Below the pieces are notes generated by a model. That model saw only the letters and a program-made list of their open reading frames with translations. It ran no database searches and was not told the origin of the DNA. Shown piece by piece: positions 1 to 12,309 of a DNA stretch of 64,000 nucleotides. The DNA is taken from assembly GCF_009914755.1 (NCBI RefSeq), contig NC_060946.1. One strand, 5' to 3'. How positions within the stretch are numbered: position 1 is the first letter of the stretch; every line of letters begins with the position of its first letter. This DNA is from the human T2T-CHM13v2.0 reference genome, Homo sapiens. Made by a program: the position numbers and the translations under genes.

Positions 1-62
1 AAAGACACATATTTGTACCTAGCAGTTAAAATCTTACTTAAGGATTTAAAATATATTTTATA

Positions 63-327
63 GTCCAGGTGCAGTGGCTTATGTGTGTAATCCCAGCACT
101 TCGTGAGGCCAAGGTGGCTGGATTGCTTTAGCCCAGGAGTTTGAGGCCAGCCTGGACATCATAGCAAGACTCTTTCTCTTAAAAAAATTTTTTTTAATTA
201 GCTAGAGGCTGAGGCAGGAGGATTGTTTGAGCCTGGGAAGTCAAGACTGCAATGAGCAATGATCACACTGCTGCACTCCAGCCTGGGCAACAGGGTGAGA
301 CCTTGCCTCAAAAATAAAATAAAACAA
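63..327 (+). mobile_element. AluJ-type SINE with an internal deletion in the right arm
   Basis: GTAATCCCAGCACTT...CCAGCCTGGGCAACAG plus A-rich tail; the segment after AATTAGC is missing. Confidence 0.9.
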
Positions 328-520
328 ATCTTATAATATATATAAAATAAAATATATTATGTAAAATATATAATAAGATATATATGTGGACATGTATTTG
401 TGTAGATGTATATGTTTTGTTCTTGAATGTTGCAATTACTCATTCATTATGGAGAACTCGATTTTGAACAAGGAAAGGAACCTTTCGTGAAAACACATAT
501 TAATCCTTCAATTAACTCTG

Positions 521-757
521 CATAATGATAAAGGCCTTTGGCTGGGCAGACCATACACCCTAGGCCTGCTTCTCCCTGTGCCAACCATGCCGACTCCAGG
601 CAAACGAGTTCAACCTGAAGCCCAGGGACGTGCGAGCAGAAGTCGGCTAAGTGTCTTAGAGCAGGTGTTTTACCTTTAATAACTCCATGGCGTAATTATG
701 CAGGAATTTGTCCAAGCCTTTTTTGAAACTATTTATACATTCAGCATTTACCAAATC
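521..757 (-). mobile_element. Ancient CR1-type LINE 3' end, possibly exapted
   Basis: CATAA..GGCC..CTGGGCAGACCA..CTAGGCC and GAATTTGTCCAAGCCTTTTTTTGAAACTATTTATA resemble the reverse complement of amniote CR1 3' termini as I recall them. Confidence 0.45.
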
Positions 758-877
758 AGGGGGGAGGGGGGATGAAAAAAAACAGAGAGATTTTAATCTC
801 ATGCGATTTATTTTTTTTTTTTTTTGTCCTAAAATGACTTAAAGAGAAACGGGTTGGGTTAGTGGCAAATTGTCCTG

Positions 878-1097
878 CACTGAGAGCATGCTGTGTGCCA
901 GGCACCACGCTGGGGGCTTCATAAACAGCCTCTCATTTAATCCTCGTAACACCCCTACATGGTAGGGATCACCATAACATTTCACGGATGAGGAACTGGG
1001 CTCAGAGAGGTCCTGGCAGTTGCCCAAGGTCATTCAGCTTTCACAGATAGGGTTTGAAACCTGGTGTGTTTGCTCTCAAAGCCTGTGGCTTTTTGCC
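878..1097 (-). mobile_element. MIR SINE
   Basis: CTCATTTAATCCTC...GATGAGGAACTGGGCTCAGAGAGG...TTGCCCAAGGTCA core. Confidence 0.85.
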
Positions 1098-2067
1098 TGA
1101 CACCAGCTGTTCCCTGGGTGCCAGAGGGAACAGCAGCACTGCCTCCTTGTAACAGCCTCGCGGGAGCTGAAGTCATGTGTGTCGTCTCAAGTATCTTCTG
1201 CAAAAAGTACCTTCCCATCTAAATTCTCTCGCTTGTCCTGCTCACTCCCGAAACTCCAACCCAGTTTTCCTGGAGTTTTCAAAGACAGAGAAGTTTGGGA
1301 ATATAAAGCTGTATGTTGAAGGGATCTCCCAGCTCTGAGAGTTTGTGAAATACTCAAGAAACCACAAGGACTTTCATAAAAAGGCAATTTCTGTAGCACG
1401 CGGTGGGGGGATAAAAGCCACGATATTTTCCCATTCCTTTTCTTCAGAACTTGATGAAAACATGAAACCATCCACAGGCAGGAAGCAGAAAATGATCATT
1501 TCACAGCAGGGGGCTGCTGCGGCTGTACACAGTGCGCTGTCAAGCGGGAGGGGGGCCGTCTGGGCTGGTGCCTCTGAGGGATGGTCTCTCCACAGCCTGG
1601 CAGGGCCCCTTCCCTCTGCGGGCCCTAGCACCCCCATGATCGCTGTCTCCGCGACCTCCTTGCTCTGATGGTCTCGGATACCCTGAGTTCCCTGGGTAAA
1701 GTCCAGGCTCTAGGTGAGCCATGCGCTTTGCTGTGGGGGCGTTAGGAGTTAAAGAGGCCAAGCAAATGCCTTCTGATTTCTAGCAGGAGAGGATGTTCAG
1801 GGATGCTAGCAGCCCTGAGTTCATGTGCTGCTCCACTTCTTACTAACTGTTTGAACTTGGGAAACAGCATACCTCTGGGAAGGAACATTGCCCCTCCACC
1901 TGCAGCCACTGGGCAACAGGGGCAAGCCTCAGACGCTGGTTCCCACCTCAGACAAATCGTTTGGGCTTCTGTCTTATAGGAGGGTCAGGTTTCTGCAAAA
2001 GATTGTTTTTACAAAAGAAGCAGGTCCAGCAGCCACTGGTGCCACAGAGGAGAGCAGGATTGGAATC

Positions 2068-2186
2068 CACAGGCTGTGTGAGCTTGAGCAAGTCACTTTA
2101 CCTCTCTGTTTCCTCCCCTGCAGGATGGGAATAGGGACATCTGCTGCATTTGGCTGTTGGAGAAACACAAGGAAATCATGGACAAG
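2068..2186 (+). mobile_element. MIR fragment
   Basis: GCTGTGTGAGCTTGAGCAAGTCACTT...TTTCCTC core. Confidence 0.7.
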
Positions 2187-2187
2187 T

Positions 2188-2335
2188 GCCAGGTGTGGTG
2201 ACACTCGTCTGTAGTCCTAGCAGCTCAGGAGGCTGAGACGGGAGGATCCCTTGAGTGCAGGAGTTTGAGGCTGCAGTGAGCTATAATGGTACTACTATAC
2301 TCCAGCCTGCACAATGCAACAAAACCACATCTGTA
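2188..2335 (+). mobile_element. Alu monomer (FRAM/FAM-like) followed by (ATC)n
   Basis: Single right-arm-like monomer GCCAGGTGTGGTG...GAGGCTGCAGTGAGCTAT...CTCCAGCCTG. Confidence 0.8.
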
Positions 2336-2578
2336 ATCATCATCATCATGATCAGAGCAAACCCTACTCAGTGGCTCACCCCAGCGTGTGATCCTATGTG
2401 TTAATTCCCTCCTATACATGAGGGCTGCACAAGCTCAGATGGGCTTATTCTACTGAAAATTCAGATAAACATGGAGAAAAGGTGGGAAGGCAGGTGGGCT
2501 GGAGAGGTGCAGTAGGGCAGTCCGGAAGAAGAGGAGCAGCACGTGGTGGAAAAAACTGAGATGGGCCCTAAGTCTCAG

Positions 2579-2761
2579 CAGGGCCAGGTCACTGGCTTGT
2601 GACCCCTGCAGTCTCTCAGAACCCTGAAGGCCTGGAGCTCTGTTTAATGCTCTGTCACCTATGGTCATGAAATTCTTATTATGGGATAAGATCCCTTGTC
2701 CAAACAAGGGTCTCTGCATTGTCATTTTGCACTGGGCCCTGCAAGTTATTTGCTAATCCTG
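2579..2761 (+). mobile_element. hAT MITE, MER45A-like, full length
   Basis: CAGGG...CCTG termini, internal TTTAATGCTCTG and TCATTTTGCACTGGGCCC, perfect 8-bp TSD AGTCTCAG (2571-2578 and 2762-2769). Confidence 0.85.
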
Positions 2762-2989
2762 AGTCTCAGCCTACGTAGCCCTTCTATGACTGCATTTCGG
2801 CTTCTGCATCTGCAAAACAGCTACATTAGATGGGGACCGAGGGAGGCTAAGGGTGATGCCTGCCCACCTCTGAGAGCCTTCCTGAGCTATTGGTAAGCAC
2901 TTCCCTATGCCCAGCGAGGTGCTTGACACTAAATAAATGTTAAACACCCCAGTGAGTTTTAGACTCAATGACGCCCAAATGCCTAGCTG

Positions 2990-3220
2990 TGGAATAGTGA
3001 GGAGTTAAATCAAAGGAATTTGGAGCCAGGCAGACGTGGGTTCAAATCCTAACCCTTCCACTCACTGGTCATGGGACCTTGGGCAAATTCCCGTACTTTT
3101 CTGCAACAGGCTGACTTCATCGCTAAAATGAGGATGATAATAGTCTCTCCTGCCTAGGTTGTTGGATAAGCGGGGGAGTTACGTGAAATTATGTGTGTTA
3201 AGTACCATGCCGGGCATTTA
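2990..3220 (+). mobile_element. MIR SINE
   Basis: GGGTTCAAATCC...GACCTTGGGCAA...TAAAATGAGGATGATAATAGT. Confidence 0.8.
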
Positions 3221-3235
3221 AACAGTAACTGCTAA

Positions 3236-3370
3236 CATTCGTTTATTTACCATCTGAACACCTACTTTGTGCCAGGCACTGTGCAAGTCTTTGAGGATAC
3301 AGTGGTAAACAAGACAGTCGCAGCCCTGACGTGGAGGTGGAATGTAAACAAAAAAGCAGGCAAGGGTGGC
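3236..3370 (-). mobile_element. L2 LINE 3' end
   Basis: CACCTACTTTGTGCCAGGCACTGTG...GATACAGTGGTAAACAAGACA. Confidence 0.75.
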
Positions 3371-3724
3371 AGGTGCCTTCAGATGGTGGCACACACACTC
3401 TAAGCATCTTAGTAGAACAAGGGCAAAGAGTGGGGCTAGGCTGCGGGGCGTGTGACAGTCCCTTCCCATTCAGAAATTAAACTCTCTGTGAGCTACAGCC
3501 AAAGATTTCAATCCCACTCTCCAATGCATCTCTGTTGTAGAAGAGAATTATTTTCCAGAAATTCCCAGAAGATTCCCCCACCTCTATGTCTGGAGATGGT
3601 GCTAGGTTTCTCCCATCTCCAGGAAGGCAAATGACCTCTCCCCCAGAACCCCAAACAAATTCCCCTCACCAGGAGCCCTCAGACCCCACCCTGGAGCTTG
3701 TGAGCGCTAAGAACGAGCAGAAAG

Positions 3725-4095
3725 GGAAATGAACAAATTATCTTGATAATTTGTTTAAGAAGGGGAAAAAAAGTCACCCGAGAAAAATGATATCCAATAA
3801 GACGGTGGGTTTCTAATGAATGTGCGGGTAATGAAATAAACCCGTTTAGGCCACGCTTGGCCCTGATCTTCCCAGGCCTAGATTAAAAAATGGAACATCT
3901 GTGATGATTTAATTTACATCTTAATAACAAACAGGCCTCGAGAAACCCGCGGATAAATGCCTTTTATTGCCGGCGTATCTTTTGCAGTGCAGCTTGAATG
4001 AAAACTCTGGTAATTAATTGTTTTAAGCGATTCTATTAAAAAGTGTCTGCAAGTGCTGCGTGCCGAATGTTTATGTGGGCCCGGCTGCCGACAGG
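3725..4095. promoter_or_regulatory. Candidate conserved enhancer (GATA palindrome, homeodomain motifs)
   Basis: Repeat-free, AT-rich, about 15 CpGs; palindrome 3732-3755, TTTTATTGC 3962-3970, TAATTAATT 4011-4019. Confidence 0.6.
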
Positions 4096-4539
4096 AATAC
4101 AGACAAGCCCAGAGAACAGGCGCAGAATGAGGTACCTTATTTTCTCCCCCACATTCACTGCCTTAAAGACACGCAGTCCTTTTATTTATTGTTTTCAAAA
4201 GAGTTAGATGCAAGGCCTGCTAATTTCTCTTCTATTATTTTTCAAATCTTAATCGTCAGTCTTTGAATTGACAAAATGAAGCTCCCCTCTTTATTCCGAT
4301 GTTTACTTAACTCTCCTCCAATCCACACTGGGAACAGCACCCAAGATGCTTCTATTCCGAACACACTGGGATTCCTTATCTGGAAAATGGGGACAGTACT
4401 GTGACCCATCCGTCTTTTTTTTCTTTTTTTTTTCCCAGCCATTTGGAACTACTGGAAGGTTCTCAGACGTAGTGTAGATTCTGCAGTGGCTGAGTTTTGC
4501 AAGTCAGGATTTTCTGTTGAAAAATCATTCCCCAAATTA

Positions 4540-5230
4540 AGCATCTCAGATGTGCCAGACCAGGTGCTGGGCTCTGAGGGTGGAGCTGTGGTTTCTGTCA
4601 TTTGTGAAGCTGACATTGGGGAGGAAGTGAGTGGGACAAGTCAATAACTGAGCAATAAATAAGCATCTCAAACATCCGTGGTCTTGGCCCTGGCTGCACA
4701 TTAGAATCCCCAGGGGAGCTTTTAAAGCGTAACCCAGGCCCCCATGCACCTCTCAGAGGTCCTGATTTAATTAGTCTGGGGTGGGGCCCGGCCATCAGTA
4801 TTTTTAAAAGCTCCCAGGAGGATCCTACAGGCAATCAAAGTGAAGAATCAGTGGCAGGCAGAGGCTCCAAGGACATTTCCGAGGCAGTCCAGTGCCAGGA
4901 AGAAAAGAAACAGGGTCTCAAGAGGGAGAATGTGAGCAGCAATCAGGGCAGCCTCCTTGAGGTGGTGACATTCAGCCCTGTGCAGATCTGGGGAAGAGCA
5001 TTCCAAACACAGGGAACAGCATGTGCAAAGTGCACTGAGTGGGTTTCAGGAACAGAAAAGTGGGTGTTCCTGGAGATGCATGAGATGGGAGGTAGGGTAG
5101 GAGATGAGGCTGGAGAACGCAAGAGGGCAGAGTGAAGGAGGCTGGATTCCTTTAGGGTAGAAGGCAGACTCCCCCTGTAGGGGAGTGACAGGATCCATCA
5201 CAGAGTATGTGGCTGCTGTATTGGACTGAC
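4540..5230 (-). mobile_element. L2 LINE fragment interrupted by MER5
   Basis: ATGTGCCAGACCAGGTGCTGGG; GCAGATCTGGGGAAGAGCATTCCA...GGGAACAGCATGTGCAAAG. Confidence 0.75.
4676..4853. mobile_element. MER5-family hAT-Charlie MITE
   Basis: GGCTGCACATTAGAATC...GGGGAGCTTTTAAA...CTGATTTAATTAGTCTGGGGTGGGGCCC...TTTTTAAAAGCTCCC; internally palindromic. Confidence 0.85.
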
Positions 5231-5819
5231 TGACTGAGGCTGGACTCTAGAGGTGCTAGAATGGCCAAAGGAGGCCAGTGGGGAAGGCTCTGGTCCCATC
5301 CCAACAGGTGATGATGGTAGCCAGGAGCACCTGCTGTGGGGAAGCCAGGAGACAGTGCCTCCCCAGACAGCTGCCTTCCCCCAACCCCAGGCTGGGTCAG
5401 AGACTGTCTTGTACCCATCCCTCCCAGCCCCTGGGCGAGCCTCGTCCCAGCCCAGAGCACAGTGAAACATAATTGCCTGGCTCTGTACTGGAACGGGGAG
5501 CGGTCTGAGTTCCGGATGACAGGTGGGTCTCATCCCTTGATGAGCTCACCCTCTCAGCCCCAACCCAAGGTCCATCTGTGTGTGGGAACCCCTCCCCACA
5601 TTTGAGTCTCCCCAGCTCAACCTCGGACCCAGTACCCACCCACTGCCCACCCCCTGCCCACAGGGCATCAGTGCCTTTTGCGTCCACAGAGGGGAGTGAG
5701 ATTAGCCGATGAGTTTAACGGACAAGCTCAGGGTCCGTTGCCTGGTTTCTAGATTCCACCTTAATTTCTTGCTTCTGAATATTTTTCAAATTCTATTTTA
5801 ACTTTAAGAATATTCTTCC

Positions 5820-6470
5820 CATAAACAGACTCTTTACAAAAGTGGAAATGTATCTGGTTAACAAACATATGGGGAAAAGCTCAGCTTTGTGGGAATCAGA
5901 GAAAAAGACATTCAAGTGAGGAGATGCCGTTTTCACTTAATTTTCTCACAGCACATTGTTGCTGCTGTTGTTCAGGTTATGTGTCCATCACCTGAACCAG
6001 GATGGGTGAGAAGGGCCCCCTCGTTTGCTGCTGGTGGTGAGGGCAGCGCGTCTTTGAAGCAACGTGGTGCTACACCTCAAGGTCTTTACAAACACGCATT
6101 CCTCGGACCTGTGTCCCAGCTTCTATGGAACATTCTAGATATTGAAGAAAACGACACACAAGGAACGATGCTCCCTGTGACATTAAATATGAGCCCTCAA
6201 ATGGGCAGCGACCTAAATATCCACCCAAGGGGAAATGAAAAATGAATTATGACTTGTCTATAGGAGAGGATATTACACAGCCGTTCCAATGTTGACAAAA
6301 ATGAATAACAACATGGAAACATAATTGTAACATAATAGTAATTGAAAAGACAAAAGAGAACAAGACACAACATGACACAGCAAACATGATGCCCAGTATT
6401 AAAAGGAGAAAAAGAAAAAAAGGATGCAAACGACTCTGAAAACAACAAAACAATAAAATACCCTCTAGTT
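5820..6470 (+). mobile_element. Old L1M fragment (ORF2 end and 3' UTR), degenerate
   Basis: AACAAACATATG..AAAAGCTCA..AATCAGAGAAA..; CCTAAATATCCA; ATATTACACAGCCGTT. Confidence 0.65.
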
Positions 6471-6572
6471 GCATTGATGGGAACGGGAATTAAGACATCT
6501 CTTCTGTTTGGTTTTGTGATGTTTTTTTCCCTATGTAGTCCATCCTTTTTATTCCTTATAATAAATTATGGG

Positions 6573-6882
<310 letters not shown>

Positions 6883-6921
6883 TTATGATGTTTTCCCCAC
6901 CACTTAGCCCCTTTCCACACA

Positions 6922-7150
6922 GAGCATAGAGGTAAAAGGCTCAGTCTGGAGCTGAAAACTGGTTCCTGCATTCATCAGCCTTGTGACTTTGGACGAATTA
7001 CTCCCTTCTCAGAGCCTCAGTTTTCTCATCTGTAAAATGGGCCTAATCAAGCCTTGAAAGGCCATGGTGGGGCAATTAGGGCAAAATCAAGGTATAAGGT
7101 TCTTCCTTGCTTCTAACCTGAGCATTGGTCAGCACATATCAAATGACTGG
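6922..7150 (+). mobile_element. MIR SINE
   Basis: GCCTCAGTTTTCTCATCTGTAAAATGGG core. Confidence 0.8.
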
Positions 7151-7704
7151 CAATGTTATGATCATTTTCACTAAAATTAGACATTTCTGATCAAAGGCCA
7201 TTCCGTTTTGTGCATGGAAAAATACACAGCTTTCTTAAATATTTATAATGGCTCTGAATCTGGGCCACAGACTAATAAAAGTAAGCCATGCTCAAATCCA
7301 TGTCTCTTCCACACTTGCCCCGGCACCCCTGCATACTTCCTGGCAGAGAAAAGGATCCCTCTTCTCCTGAAGTCCTTGTTCAACCACGTGATGTCTTAAA
7401 GAAGCCCCTATTGAATGGGGACCTGGGACTGAGAGACGGAGTATATATGTAGGACAAGGCAAAGCTGTCCTAGAAGTCAGAGATCTGCGTCAAGAGTCTG
7501 AGACCAATACCCTCAGTTTCCTGAGCTGTGAAATGGGCAGATTGGTCTAGATTGTTTTTTCCCAGCCTCTATTTCCTGGATGTGCATCTGATTCACCCAG
7601 CCCAAAATAATGCCCTCCTGAAAAAAATTAGTTTATTATTAAATGTGTTTGAGCATAAACATCCCCTCCAAGATTGTATTGTTATTGTTGTTCGGCTGCA
7701 TAAC

Positions 7705-7984
7705 TTTTTTTTTTTTGAGACAGGGTCTCACTCTGTCACCTATGCTCTCAGCTCACTGGAACCACCACCTGCTAGACTCAAGGGATCCTCTCGCTTTAGC
7801 CTCCTGAGTTGCTGGGACTCCAGGCGGGCACGACCACTCTTGGCTAATATTTTTCACATTTATTTGTAGAGACAGGGTCTTCCTGTGTTGTCCAGGCTGG
7901 TCTCAAACTCCTGAGCTCAAGTGATCCTCCTGCCTCGGCCTCCCAAAGTGCTGGGATTACAGGCATGAGCCACTGCACCCAGCC
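7705..7984 (-). mobile_element. AluJ SINE
   Basis: poly-T, GAGACAGGGTCTCACTCTG...CTCCCAAAGTGCTGGGATTACAGGCATGAGCCAC. Confidence 0.93.
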
Positions 7985-8044
7985 ACATAATAATATTTAT
8001 CAACCTGTCAAGAAGACTTTGGGAAGACAAAGCACAGATTACAC

Positions 8045-8490
8045 ACATGTGTATTGAGCACCTGGTGTGTGTCAGGCAGAGTGCTGGGTGCTGAGGACAT
8101 AGCGGGGAACAAGACCCATAAAAAAATCCCTGCTCTTGAAGAAGCAGGCAAAAATAAACAAAATTAACATCATAAATAAATTATAGAGTTTGATAGAAGG
8201 TGATACATTAAAAAAATGGCAAACGGGAAAATGCAGGGACAGGATTGCGATTTTCAACGTGGTCTGGAGGTGTGTCCCTGAGAAGGGGACATTTGAGCAG
8301 CAACTAGAAGGAGAAGAGGGAGGTGATTGTGCAGGTAACTGGAGAAAGAGTGTTTCAGGCAGGGGTTCTCAGTGCAAAGGCCCTGAGGTAGAAGTATGCC
8401 TGGCTTGTAAGAGACCAGGGGCACTGGAGCAGAGGGAGGGAGAAAGAATGAGGACAGAGAGGTGTCAGGGCCACAGCAAGAATGTTGGCT
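8045..8490 (-). mobile_element. L2 LINE 3' region
   Basis: TATTGAGCACC..GTGTCAGGC..; TCCCTGAGAAGGGGACATTTGAGCAG; TGCAAAGGCCCTGAGG. Confidence 0.85.
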
Positions 8491-9169
8491 GACATCCTAT
8501 GTGTTTTATACTGGAGATCTATACATTATGCTCCTCTTCCATCCATCCCCTTCCCACCACCACGTGTATCCGTGAAGCGCAGCCATGCCAAAGCTGAGAT
8601 GGCCAGGAAGGCTTCCTTCTCTACACCCAAGCCCTTGATGGAGTCCCCCACACCCTGCAGGACCTGTGTTCCTGTTCCCCGTTTACAGACGGGCAAATCC
8701 AGACTGGCCAAGCTGGAAGTCTCTTGCCGCAGCCTCAAATCCCGGACTCAAGGAGAAGGCACAGACTCCTATCTAAGTGGCTCCATTGCAAGGCCAGCCC
8801 ATCGTCACCGGCCACCCCTCAGAGAGACACGGTCTCCGTGACAGGGAGCCGGATTGGGGGGAAGACAAGTAACTTCTCTCCTCTCACCTGCATCTCCTGG
8901 GGACGCTCAAAGCCATTTTAGGAAAAATTAAAGTGCTAGAGTGCTTTACTCAGTGGGAAGTCAACGTATGAGCCTCATTATCCCAAGAGGTGGTGCAGGC
9001 TAAAAATATACGTTGGTTCACTGAGGGTTTTCACTAAAAGCAGGGATGACGGATTCAGAGAGTGCTGTGAAGGAAAGCTGGGAGAGAGAACTGGCCTAGA
9101 AGGAGCAAGCCACAGAGGGCAGGTGGGCCACCTGTAACCCACACCCCTTTAGGAGCACTCAGGAGGCAG

Positions 9170-9480
9170 CCCAGGAGAGGGGATTAGCTGACTTTGGAGC
9201 CCTAGCTTCAATGCGCATGCCCTGGCCAAGGCTTCCCAGCTCTCTGACCTCAGGCTCGTCTGTGAAATAAGGTGAGCAGTAAGCCTCGCCTCATAGAACT
9301 GACATGACGATTAGATGAGGTAATGCATGGAACCAACAAGCACGGTGTCTCTTAGCAGTGCATGTGTTTGTTCTTGTTCAGCGTCTGTCTCCCACAGGGC
9401 TGGAATCCCTGAGGGCAGGGCTGATGTCTATCCATCCATAGCCTGGCACATTGAAGACACTCAGAGCATATTTGTGGATC
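9170..9480 (+). mobile_element. MIR followed by an L2 3' end
   Basis: MIR core 9230-9330; CCTGAGGGCAGGG...GCCTGGCACATTG L2 tail. Confidence 0.6.
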
Positions 9481-9989
9481 TACACATCAGCTTCCCGCCT
9501 GGCCACAGGTATCTATCTGGGTCCTGGGCCAACTTCTTCATCTTCCTCAGGGTACTACAGTGGTCCTAGCAAAACCACATCAGCCTGGGGGAACCAAGAG
9601 GCGGGTCTCTTTCTCTATCTGGCATCTCACGCAACCAGTTCTTTGAGGATGAAGCTCCAGCCAGCAGCAGCAAGAAGAAGAAAGACTCTCAAGCCCTCAA
9701 AATCTGAAAAATGACTCCCAGTCCAGACAGACCTCATTCTCTGCCACCTGCCCCCACAACCCAGAGTAGACAAGAAATACAGTTTGAGGAGGGGGGCCTT
9801 TGAAACCGACATTACCAACCCAGGTTTCGTTAATCTCCCATTCTAAAAATTGTTCATTTCAGTGGGGTGGAACTTTTTATTCCTACAATAAAAGAACAAT
9901 GAAGAGGATAAAAACAACTGCAGACAAGGTGGCTTCACGTCTCAGTGCAGTGAGGCTGATGGATTATTTCCTCGGTGACAGGGACAGGA

Positions 9990-10495
9990 GGAACAGAATA
10001 GGAGCCACCTGTGTCACTTGTAATTTTGTAGAAACCGTGCTTTTAAAAAGTAAAAAGAAACCATGAAATTAGTCTCAATAATATGTTTTATTTAACCCAA
10101 CTTAACAGAAATACCATCATTCCAATATGCAATCAATCAGTGTTAAAAATGTTGAATTCAGGGAGTTGACATTCATTCTTGGTACTGAGGCTTTGAAATC
10201 CAGTGTGTATTTTATAACACATCTCTATTCGGATACTATGGTTGAAAATGTGGATGCATGTGGATCAGTGATTCCAAACATACTTAAACGTTTCCCAATA
10301 ACTGCATTTTAAAATTTAAATCACTAAAATTAAATGTAACCCATTTTCCATTTAGGAAAAAAGTGCAGCTTGCCGCCAGCACAGTGTTCTTGGGGCAAAG
10401 AAGAAATGGGTTAATTTAACATTCAGTTCCTCAGGTAGGTACCACCAGCCAGATGCCACGTGCTCATTGGCCACATATGACAAGGGGTTACCCAA
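9990..10495. mobile_element. Charlie1/MER33-family hAT DNA transposon relic
   Basis: TTTATTTAACCCAA, GAAATCCAGTGTGTATTTTA, CATTCAGTTCCTCAG...GTGCTCA..GGCCACATATG. Confidence 0.75.
10340..10410. mobile_element. MER75A-like piggyBac MITE nested in Charlie1
   Basis: CCCATTT...AAATGGG terminal inverted repeats, flanked by GTAA and TTAA (TTAA target site). Confidence 0.8.
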
Positions 10496-11163
10496 GAGGA
10501 CTCTCAGGGGCAGGGAAGCTCCCACCCCACCCCCCACCCCCCACCCCCCACCCTACCCCTGAATCCTGCTTTCCCTATCTTTTAGTGTCTCCTGCCCCAA
10601 CTCCCCAAAAGGCCACAGTCCAGGAGAGGTTTGTAGCACTAGACAGCCTCTGGCAGGAGAGGGTCAGGCTCCCTACCCACCCAGGAAAGCTCTCTTTTTC
10701 CAGGCCCTTCCACGGTGAGCCTGTACAGGCATGCACACAAGCACACACACACACTCACAGGCAACACGAGTGCACGTGCATAAACACACACACACCCCGC
10801 CTCTCCCTGAGCTCAGTATAGAAAAAAAAAATGTATGAGAAAGCAGGCCCACGTGCAGAAGACCAGGAGCATTTAGAGAGTCTCTCTGTGGGGTGGAGAA
10901 TGCAGCCCCTTCCCCCAAGGCAAGCCCCTTCTTCCTACCAGACAACCCCTTCACCTGGCTTCCTCTCTTCCCCCCTCTGAGTTCTGTCGCTTGACATGGC
11001 TGTCTTGAGCACTGCCCCACGCTCCCGCCACCTCAGGAGGTGGAAAATAGTGCTTTGTTGGCCAGGGGGGCAGAGGAACCCATAAGAGAAAGAAGGAGAA
11101 AGGGTGGAAGGAGACAGACAGACACAGACAGAGAGGCAGAGAAACAGAAAAAGGCCAAGACAC

Positions 11164-11254
11164 TGGTGACCAACTTGCCACAGGGACCGAAAGGGTCTCA
11201 TGGGATGTGGGACTTTCAGTGCTAAAATTGGGGAAGTCCCCTGATCAGCTCACC
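11164..11254. mobile_element. MER81/MER94-like hAT-Blackjack MITE
   Basis: GGTGACCAAC...GGGACTTTCAGTGCTAAAATTGGGGAAGTCCC...TCACC. Confidence 0.65.
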
Positions 11255-12309
11255 AAGAACCACAGACAGCAAGAAGTGATGCTTGCCTGGATGCGAGGGA
11301 GAGAGGCAGGGAGGGGGTCACAAAGGGGCTGGCAGGTGCCTCCCTCCAGGCCATGCTTATGGATGGCGTTGCCTCTGAGACCTGGGACTCCAATCCCATA
11401 GGCCTCAATGAAGCTCAAAGAACCACCCCCCCACCACACACACAAAATGCTCTTGTACATGACATTCCTCTCTGAACAGAGACAGGAAGGGAATACCTGT
11501 CCCTCCCTAGTGCTACCTCCCCTCACCCCACCAAGTGCTTTCAGCAAAGGAAACCACAGAGGTTTCTCCCTGCCCCTTCAGGGAGCACAGAGACCTGTTC
11601 TCCACATCCACCCGCCCTCTGCCCTCTCCCATCTGGGCCTCTCTCTCACACCCCTTCCCAGGTAGTCTTGAGGCTCCCCCTTTGAGTTTGCAGAATCCCA
11701 AACCCCAGATGGAATCAGAAGCATCAGTGGAATGGTGTGATCATCTCCCTGCATGAACCTGTGTGGTCTTCGGCAGGTGACTTGGCCTCTCTGAGCCTTT
11801 ATTTCCCATCACAGTGGGTATATAGCAGAGCTCATGGCATCACACCTACGCCATCATTCTATTCAATCCTCATTAGTATCATCCCCATTGTAGAGATGAA
11901 TGGGCTCAGAGAGAACAGGTGGTGTGCCCCAGTCACACACCTCAAACTTGGCAGAGGCAGGATTTAAACGCAGGTCCACCTGGATCCCAAGCTGTAGCTT
12001 CCAGGCATGATTCTACAGGGTGACCTCCATGAGAGGCTGCTCTAACCTCCAGCAATAATTCTAAATTCCAGGATGCCTTCGGTGCGAGTCTCTGACTATA
12101 GAATCGTGGCTTCCTTTCAGACTCCGCCAACCCTAAGCCATCTATTCCAAACTCAAGCTCTTAACCACAGACCGCGCCCTCCCCTAATGAAGTCACTCGC
12201 TAGGTACCTGACCCCTCCACACTCCCAGGTCTCCCCAGCTCAGGCTGCGGTGCTCTTCATCTTCCACCGGTTCAGCTGTCACCAAATCTCCTAGGCTGAA
12301 ATATCCCCA

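Noticed and set aside
4100-4140. Possible splice donor GAG|GTACCT
   Set aside because: Weak consensus with no matching acceptor or reading frame; lncRNA exons cannot be called from sequence alone
5820-6470. L1 ORF2 remnant as a CDS
   Set aside because: Heavily degenerate, no intact reading frame
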